This document shows, piece by piece, positions 57,658-64,000 of a stretch of DNA of 64,000 nt (within the stretch, counting starts at the first letter, position 1; each line of letters opens with the position of its first letter). Under the pieces are notes generated by a model. It was not told the DNA's origin. It was given only the letters and a program-made list of their open reading frames with translations, and did no database searches. The DNA is from an uncultured Alphaproteobacteria bacterium (lineage in GTDB: Bacteria; Pseudomonadota; Alphaproteobacteria; HIMB59; GCA-002718135): positions 22,350 through 86,349 of the forward strand of contig CACFVT010000001.1 in NCBI GenBank assembly GCA_902569865.1, in the 5' to 3' direction. A program made the translations under genes and the position numbers.

Positions 57658-58809
57658 ATGAAGTCCAAATTTTTAAAATCAGACCACATTAAATTATATA
57701 AAAGAGAAAATTCTGAATATTGGCAAATGAAGATTAAATTGCCAAAGCAAAAAGCTATTCGCTCATCAACAGGTTCAAAAATTTTAAAAGAATCAGAAAA
57801 AATAGCACTTAACTATTATTCATCTTTAAGTATAGAAAATAAAATTCACATAAAAGGAAGTTCAAAAAATATTTACACAAAAATTCATTTAGTTGAAACC
57901 GCGGATCTAGATAGGAAGGAAATAGAATTCTTCTTAAATGAAGCAAAAAAATTTATTAGTTTTAATAAAAAAAGAATTAAAAAAAATAATTTACTCGAAG
58001 GAAGAACTATTTTTAATTTATTTTTTGAAGACTCAACAAGAACTCGTACAAGTTTTGAAGTTGCCGCTAAAAGATTAGGTGCTGATATAATAAATGTTGC
58101 TGTAAAGGATAGCTCAATAAATAAAGGTGAGACTTTACTTGATACTATGACAACTATTAATTCAATGAATCCTGATGTCTTAATTGTTAGACATCCTGAA
58201 GAAGGAATAAGTAAAAGAATTTCTCTAAACGTTGATGCTTCTGTCATTAATGCTGGAGACGGAAGTCATGAGCATCCTACTCAAGCTTTGTTGGATGCTT
58301 TAACTATAAAAAATAGATTTGATAATTTTTCAAAATTACAAATTGCAATATGTGGTGATATTCTACATAGTCGTGTTGCCAGATCCAATATTATAATTTT
58401 ATCAAAACTTGGTGCTAAGATTAATGTAATTGGACCTAGAGAGTGGCTACCTAAAAATATTAAGAAACTTCCTGTTACTGTTTTTACTGATATGAAAAAA
58501 GGTCTTAAAAATTGTGATATTGTAATGATGCTTAGAATTCAAAAGGAAAGAATTGTTGGAAAAATCATGCCAAATCAAAAGTTTTATTTTAATAAATATG
58601 GATTAGATTACAATAAATTGAAATATGCTAAAAAAAATGCTTTTGTTATGCACCCAGGTCCTATGAATAGAGGAGTTGAAATAGACTCTAAACTAGCAGA
58701 TGATGTAACCAGGAGTTTAATTCAGGAACAGGTTTCAATGGGAGTTGCTATTCGAATGGCTTGCTTAGATATTTTAATTAAAAATAGAGATAATGTCCTT
58801 AAGCATTAA
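57658..58809 (+). CDS. pyrB: Aspartate carbamoyltransferase catalytic subunit with an atypical ~70-aa N-terminal extension
   Basis: STRTRTSFE, HPTQALLD and HPGPMNRG motifs. ATCase homology starts near codon 75. Upstream codons 1-72 are open and resemble an integrase arm-binding domain (see findings). Confidence 0.85.
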   Translation: MKSKFLKSDHIKLYKRENSEYWQMKIKLPKQKAIRSSTGSKILKESEKIALNYYSSLSIENKIHIKGSSKNIYTKIHLVETADLDRKEIEFFLNEAKKFISFNKKRIKKNNLLEGRTIFNLFFEDSTRTRTSFEVAAKRLGADIINVAVKDSSINKGETLLDTMTTINSMNPDVLIVRHPEEGISKRISLNVDASVINAGDGSHEHPTQALLDALTIKNRFDNFSKLQIAICGDILHSRVARSNIIILSKLGAKINVIGPREWLPKNIKKLPVTVFTDMKKGLKNCDIVMMLRIQKERIVGKIMPNQKFYFNKYGLDYNKLKYAKKNAFVMHPGPMNRGVEIDSKLADDVTRSLIQEQVSMGVAIRMACLDILIKNRDNVLKH

Positions 58810-59395
58810 TTTTATTTTTATAATTCTCTTTTATTTTATAGGCTCAATACCTTTTGCATTGATACTTCCAAAATTATTTGGTCTTGGAGATATAAGAAAT
58901 ATTGGCTCAGGGAATGTTGGGACTACTAACGTTCTTCGTACTGGAAATAAATATCTTGCTTTTGGGGTATTATGTTTGGATGTTTTAAAAGGATTAATTC
59001 CATTCTTTCTATTAAATTCATTTTTTGATAATATTGGATTACTACATACAATACTTTTATGTCATTTTGCTATTCTTGGTCATATTTTTCCTTTTTGGTT
59101 AAAATTTAAAGGCGGTAAAGGTATAGCAACGTATATTGGTTTTTTATTTGGAATAAATTTATTCTTAGGATTATCTTTTATTACTGTTTGGATGGTGATT
59201 GCTTTAATTTCAAGATATTCGTCTTTAAGTTCTATAGTTGCATCTTTAATTGCTCCAATTTATTTTTTCATAAATAATAATAATTATATTTGTATTTTTT
59301 TATTATATTTATTTTTAATAATTATCATTAAACACCGTGAAAATATAAAAAGATTGATAAACAGAACAGAAAATAAAATAAAATTATCTAAGTAG
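58793..59395 (+). CDS. plsY: Glycerol-3-phosphate acyltransferase PlsY
   Basis: 200 aa. GSGNVGTTNVLRTG and KGGKG motifs, with multiple TM segments. Confidence 0.9.
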   Translation: MSLSINFIFIILFYFIGSIPFALILPKLFGLGDIRNIGSGNVGTTNVLRTGNKYLAFGVLCLDVLKGLIPFFLLNSFFDNIGLLHTILLCHFAILGHIFPFWLKFKGGKGIATYIGFLFGINLFLGLSFITVWMVIALISRYSSLSSIVASLIAPIYFFINNNNYICIFLLYLFLIIIIKHRENIKRLINRTENKIKLSK

Positions 59396-59460
59396 AATTC
59401 TACGTTTTTTAAAAAATTCTTGACGAAGTAAGTTTAAACTGAAATTTGGACTAAATTTTT

Positions 59461-61974
59461 ATGAATGTTTTAATTGTAGAGTCCCCATCAAAAGCAAAAT
59501 CTATTAATAAATATTTAGGTTCTAACTTTAAAGTGCTTGCTAGCGTAGGGCACGTCAGAGATTTATCAGCTAAAAATGATGCTATTGACACTGAAAATGA
59601 TTTTCAAATGAAATGGGAGACCAGTGATAGAGGAAAAAAAGTTATTAAAGAAATAACTGATGCAGCAAAAAAATCAGAAAACCTTTATCTAGCCACTGAC
59701 CCTGATCGTGAGGGAGAAGCTATTGCTTGGCATGTTGAAAAACTTTTAAGAGATAATGTTGAATTATCTAAATTAAATATTCACCGTGTAACTTTTAATG
59801 AAATTACTAAAAATGCTGTTTTAGATAGTCTTAAAGAGCCTCGTGAAATAGATCTGAATTTAGTTAATGCTTATTTAGCTAGACGAGCTTTAGATTTTTT
59901 AGTTGGCTTTACTCTCTCACCAGTACTCTGGCGAAAATTGCCTGGCTCAAAGTCTGCAGGTAGAGTGCAATCTGTAGCATTAAGAATAATTAGTGAAAGA
60001 GAATTAGAAATAGAGAAATTTGATCCTGAAGAGTATTGGTCTATCCAAGCTAATTTTTTAAACAAAGATAAAAAAAACATCAATGCTCGATTAACTTTAT
60101 TTGATGGAAATAAAATTGATAAGCTTGATATTAAAAATGAAAAACAAGCTACTAATATTTATGAAACTATTAAAAATTCAAAATTTAAAGTTGGTAATAT
60201 TTCAAAAAAAGACGCAAAAAGAAACCCTTACCCCGCTTTTACAACTTCTACTATGCAAATTGAATCAAGTCGTAAATTAGGCCTAAGTGCTAGCCAAACA
60301 ATGCGTACTGCACAGAGACTTTATGAAGGTACTGAAATCAATGGGGATACTACAGGTTTAATTACTTATATGAGGACAGACAGTGTAATAATGTCTGGCG
60401 AAGCTATTGATCAAGTGCGAAGTTTTGTAAGTGAAAACTATGGAACTGAATATCTTCCAGATAGTCCAAGAGTATATAAATCTAAAGCAAAGAATGCTCA
60501 AGAAGCTCATGAATGTATAAGACCAACTAATATTAACTTAACTCCAAAAGATATTAAGCAATACATCACAGGAGAAGAGTTTAAATTGTATGAGATAATT
60601 TGGCAAAGAGCAGTATCTTCCCAAATGTCTAGTGCCATTTTAGATCAAGTAGCTGTTGACATAATGACTGAAGACAAACAAATCATTTTGCGAGCAAATG
60701 GCTCAACTATAAAATTTCCAGGTATGTATAAGGTTTATCAAGAGGCAAAAGATGATGATAAAGATGAAGAAAAAGAAACTATACTTCCTGCAATGAATGA
60801 AGGGCAAGAGTTGGATCTAAAAGAAGTAAATAAAAATCAACATTTTACAATGCCTCCTCCTCGTTACACTGAAGCAAGTTTAGTAAAAAAATTAGAAGAA
60901 TTAGGAATTGGCAGACCCTCAACATATGCTTCAATAATTAAAGTTTTACAAGATAGAGACTACGTTGTATTGGATAAAAAGCGATTTAATCCTCATGATA
61001 GAGGTCGTATCGTATCTATATTTCTAGAAAAATATTTTAACCAATATGTAGAATACGACTTCACCGCAGATTTAGAAAATCAATTGGATGAGATTTCAGA
61101 TGGAAAATTAGATTGGAAAGAAGTTTTGAGTAAATTCTGGGAGACTTTTAAAAAACTATGTGATGATACTGTGGGTAAATCAAATAGAGAAGTAATTGAT
61201 GTACTAGATGATGCTTTGGGTCCTCATTTCTTCCCTCCAGAAGGGAAGGATGAGAGTAGAAAATGTCCAACTTGTGAGAATGGTAGGCTTGGTATTAAGG
61301 TTGGAAAGTTTGGAGGATTTGTTGGTTGCTCTAATTATCCCGATTGTAAATATACTGTTCAGTTTAATCAATTAAATGACAAAGATGGAGTATCTTTAAG
61401 TGGTCCTAAAGAAATTGGTATTTATCCAGAAACTAATGAAATGATTACTCTTAGAAAGGGTCCATATGGTTTTTATATGCAGGTTGGTGAAGGAACACCA
61501 GAAAAAAAACCTAAAAGAGTCTCAATCCCAAAAAATTTTGAACCAGATGAAATAGGTTTAAATACAGCTATACAATTATTAGGGTTACCAAGAAAACTAG
61601 GATTTCATCCAGATAATAATAAAACAGTAAGTGCCGGTATTGGTATGTATGGGCCTTACATTCTTCATGATAAAAAATATAAAGCCTTAGAGAAAACAGA
61701 CAATATTTTAGATATAGAATTAGAAAGAGCACTTGAATTAATTGCCAAACCTACGCAAAGAGGTAATGCTACACTTAAAAGTTTCGGAGAGCATCCAACA
61801 GAAAAAAAGAATATAACAGCCCATGATGGCAAGTATGGACCTTATGTAAAATGTGGGAAAATTAATGCCTCTCTTCTTGGTGATCAAGCAATTGATAGTC
61901 TAAGCTTAGAAGATGCTGTAAAATTAATTGATGATAGAAAACTTAAAATGGGTTTAAAAAAAAAGAAAAAATAG
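59461..61974 (+). CDS. topA: DNA topoisomerase I
   Basis: 837 aa. IVESPSKAK Toprim N-terminus, catalytic YMRTDS, and a C-terminal zinc ribbon CPTCENG...CSNYPDCKY. Confidence 0.95.
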   Translation: MNVLIVESPSKAKSINKYLGSNFKVLASVGHVRDLSAKNDAIDTENDFQMKWETSDRGKKVIKEITDAAKKSENLYLATDPDREGEAIAWHVEKLLRDNVELSKLNIHRVTFNEITKNAVLDSLKEPREIDLNLVNAYLARRALDFLVGFTLSPVLWRKLPGSKSAGRVQSVALRIISERELEIEKFDPEEYWSIQANFLNKDKKNINARLTLFDGNKIDKLDIKNEKQATNIYETIKNSKFKVGNISKKDAKRNPYPAFTTSTMQIESSRKLGLSASQTMRTAQRLYEGTEINGDTTGLITYMRTDSVIMSGEAIDQVRSFVSENYGTEYLPDSPRVYKSKAKNAQEAHECIRPTNINLTPKDIKQYITGEEFKLYEIIWQRAVSSQMSSAILDQVAVDIMTEDKQIILRANGSTIKFPGMYKVYQEAKDDDKDEEKETILPAMNEGQELDLKEVNKNQHFTMPPPRYTEASLVKKLEELGIGRPSTYASIIKVLQDRDYVVLDKKRFNPHDRGRIVSIFLEKYFNQYVEYDFTADLENQLDEISDGKLDWKEVLSKFWETFKKLCDDTVGKSNREVIDVLDDALGPHFFPPEGKDESRKCPTCENGRLGIKVGKFGGFVGCSNYPDCKYTVQFNQLNDKDGVSLSGPKEIGIYPETNEMITLRKGPYGFYMQVGEGTPEKKPKRVSIPKNFEPDEIGLNTAIQLLGLPRKLGFHPDNNKTVSAGIGMYGPYILHDKKYKALEKTDNILDIELERALELIAKPTQRGNATLKSFGEHPTEKKNITAHDGKYGPYVKCGKINASLLGDQAIDSLSLEDAVKLIDDRKLKMGLKKKKK

Positions 61975-62015
61975 AATCAAATTGATTTAAATTAAAATAG
62001 CCTTAAATATACATA

Positions 62016-63338
62016 ATGCCTAAAAATATATCTTTAAACAATGTTAAAAAATACAAAAATAAATTTCTGAGAAATAATAAAAATACTGCATCACGCAATG
62101 CTTTAATAAAAAATGACTTAAATACAGTTGCACTAAACTGGGAAAATTTTAGTCAAATTAATCATCATTTTTCTCATTTAATTGAAAAAGAATTACCTGC
62201 AACTAATCAAATGGCATCAGGTAGATGTTGGGGTTTTGCAGGCTTAAATTTAATGCGGCTTGAAGTAGTTAAAAAATTAGGTTTAGCAAATTTTGAATTT
62301 TCCCAAAACTATTTTATGTTTTGGGACAAATTAGAAAAAGCAAATTACTTTTTAGAAAATATAATTAAAACCAGAGATCATTCTTACGAAAGCAGATTAA
62401 TAATGCATCTTGTTAAAGATCCAGTTCAAGATGGGGGTCAATGGGATATGTTTGTTAACCTCATCGAGAAATATGGTGCAGTTCCAAAAGATATAATGCC
62501 AGAAACTAATCATAGTAGTAAATCAATGGCAATGAATTATATTTTAACACATAAACTGCGAGAGTTTGCTTCCATTTTAAGAAAGAAATCCGCAAAGCAA
62601 TCGGTAAAACTAAAAAAAGAAATGATAGAAATCATTTATAATTTACTAGCAATGTTTTTAGGTCAGCCGCCAGATGTTGTTAATTGGTCATCAAGAGACA
62701 AAGATAATAAATATATAACAATTGCAGATATATCTCCTAAAGAATTTTGTAAAAAATACGCTGATATTAATATTAAAGATAAAGTTTGCTTAATTCATGC
62801 ACCAATGAGTAATAAAAAATTCAATAGAACTTACACAGTTGAATACTTGGGTAATGTGATTGAAGGTCAAGAAATAAAATATCTCAACGTTAAAATAGAT
62901 GAGCTAAAAAAATCAGCGATGCAATCAATTAAAAATAATGAAGCAATATGGTTTGGTTGTGATGTTGGAAAAAGATTTAGTCGAGATATGGGGGTTCTTG
63001 ATATGGGTATTTTTAATTATGAAAATGTTTTTCAAACTTCATTTAAAATGAATAAACAAACTAGACTAGAGTATGGAGATAGTGAAATGACACATGCCAT
63101 GTTGTTAACTGGTGTAGATATTAAAAAACGCAATTCTACAAAATGGAAAATTGAAAACAGTTGGGGAACAAAGAGTGGTAATAAAGGATATATGATGATG
63201 ACAGATGAATGGTTTGATGAATATACTTACGAAGTAGTTGTTGATAAAAAATATCTTAGCAAAAAAATATTTAAGTATCTTGATTTAGAACCCATTACTC
63301 TTGCTCCTTGGGACCCTATGGGTGCATTAGCTAAATAA
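62016..63338 (+). CDS. pepC: Aminopeptidase C / bleomycin hydrolase family cysteine peptidase (C1B)
   Basis: 440 aa. QMASGRCWGFAGLN active-site Cys block, HAMLLTG His block, ENSWG, and the typical C-terminus WDPMGALA. Confidence 0.85.
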   Translation: MPKNISLNNVKKYKNKFLRNNKNTASRNALIKNDLNTVALNWENFSQINHHFSHLIEKELPATNQMASGRCWGFAGLNLMRLEVVKKLGLANFEFSQNYFMFWDKLEKANYFLENIIKTRDHSYESRLIMHLVKDPVQDGGQWDMFVNLIEKYGAVPKDIMPETNHSSKSMAMNYILTHKLREFASILRKKSAKQSVKLKKEMIEIIYNLLAMFLGQPPDVVNWSSRDKDNKYITIADISPKEFCKKYADINIKDKVCLIHAPMSNKKFNRTYTVEYLGNVIEGQEIKYLNVKIDELKKSAMQSIKNNEAIWFGCDVGKRFSRDMGVLDMGIFNYENVFQTSFKMNKQTRLEYGDSEMTHAMLLTGVDIKKRNSTKWKIENSWGTKSGNKGYMMMTDEWFDEYTYEVVVDKKYLSKKIFKYLDLEPITLAPWDPMGALAK

Positions 63339-63340
63339 TT

Positions 63341-63568
63341 TTGAAAAAAGAAAACGCAAGTAAACTCTGGAAACTAATACAAGCTACAGGTGATGACTTG
63401 TTAGGAAGGCTCCCTAATCACCCTAATCACCCTAAAGGGCGTAATCCTTATGCACATGTAGCACTAGAGGTTAAAACACATTTTAAAATGACATATAAAG
63501 ATATTCCAGACGAAAGTTTTGATGAAGTTGTTAAATATTTGGATTTTTTAAAACAAAATCCAAATTAA
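63341..63568 (+). CDS. Hypothetical small protein (TTG start, translationally coupled to pepC)
   Basis: 75-codon open frame starting 2 nt after the pepC stop. It is less AT-biased than non-coding DNA here. No family could be assigned with confidence. Confidence 0.4.
   Translation: MKKENASKLWKLIQATGDDLLGRLPNHPNHPKGRNPYAHVALEVKTHFKMTYKDIPDESFDEVVKYLDFLKQNPN
63412..63435 (+). repeat. 9-bp in-frame tandem repeat (CCCTAATCA x2.7) encoding PNH-PNH-PK
   Basis: Direct reading: ccctaatca ccctaatca ccctaa, inside the small ORF. Confidence 0.9.
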
Positions 63569-63571
63569 ATT

Positions 63572-63967
63572 TTATTCAAATTCTTTATATTGAATGGATA
63601 GAGAGTTTACACAATAACGTAAACCTGTTGGTTCTGGGCCATCCTCAAATACATGACCTAAATGTGCATCACAAGTAGCGCACATGATTTCTGTTCTGAT
63701 CATTCCATAAGAAGTATCTTGTTCAGTTTTAATCGCATCATTGGAAATTCCTTTAAAAAAACTCGGCCAGCCACAACCAGACTCATACTTTGACGTTCTC
63801 TCAAATAATTTCGCTCCACAACATCTGCATTTAAATACTCCATCTTTAGAAATGTCAAAAGCCTTCCCAGAAAAAGCTGGTTCTGTACCCTTCTGTCTTG
63901 TCACATAATATTCTTCTTTAGAAAGTACTTCTTTCCATTCTTGATCAGACTTAATGATTTTATTCAT
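63572..63967 (-). CDS. msrB: Peptide-methionine (R)-S-oxide reductase MsrB
   Basis: 131 aa. Two CxxC zinc pairs (CRCCGAKLF, CATCDAHLGHVF) and the catalytic RYCVNS motif. Confidence 0.9.
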   Translation of the reverse strand: MNKIIKSDQEWKEVLSKEEYYVTRQKGTEPAFSGKAFDISKDGVFKCRCCGAKLFERTSKYESGCGWPSFFKGISNDAIKTEQDTSYGMIRTEIMCATCDAHLGHVFEDGPEPTGLRYCVNSLSIQYKEFE

Positions 63968-64000
63968 AATGTTTTTCTATTTATATTAGATAGAACAATT

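Noticed and set aside
1-64000. Search for CRISPR arrays, IS elements or transposases, prophage blocks, rRNA, tmRNA, and toxin-antitoxin or known defence gene pairs
   Set aside because: I saw no spaced direct repeats, no transposase or recombinase catalytic domains, no structured GC-rich non-coding islands other than the four tRNAs and the TPP riboswitch, and no unexplained gap longer than ~145 nt.

Overview
This is a visibly AT-rich and very gene-dense window. It holds about 75 protein genes, 4 tRNAs and one TPP riboswitch. Intergenic DNA is nearly absent, and many gene pairs overlap by 1-31 nt. The gene content includes proteorhodopsin, a membrane H+-pyrophosphatase, an NDUFS4-like protein, an Irr-like Fur regulator, and TRAP and ABC importers. 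The gene orders are rnc-era-recO, gatCAB, rplM-rpsI-argC, rpiB-glyA-nrdR-ribD-ribE-ribBA-ribH-nusB-thiL and rpmF-plsX-ihfA-merR. Together these point to a streamlined marine alphaproteobacterium of the SAR11/Pelagibacterales type; this is an inference, as no search was possible. The window is almost entirely core housekeeping genome. I found no CRISPR array, IS element, prophage, rRNA operon or recognisable defence or toxin system, and I cannot honestly nominate a convincing new multi-gene system. These local anomalies merit a second look:
1. pyrB carries a ~70-codon N-terminal extension that resembles a tyrosine-integrase arm-type DNA-binding domain.
2. The essential rplM gene is broken by a 1-nt frameshift in an A8 tract.
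3. The proteorhodopsin is a blue-tuned (Gln at the tuning site), signal-peptide-less, single-gene cassette.
4. A PAPS-type sulfotransferase plus a small membrane protein sit beside tRNA-Ser.
5. Both ABC importers in the window (a riboswitch-controlled thiBP and a CUT1-type system) lack an ATPase gene.
6. Two divergent gene pairs have start codons 0 and 5 nt apart.
7. A small TTG-initiated ORF after pepC contains a 9-bp tandem repeat and a phage-like C-terminal motif.
All functional calls rest on my reading of the translated ORFs and remembered family motifs. None was verified by database search.
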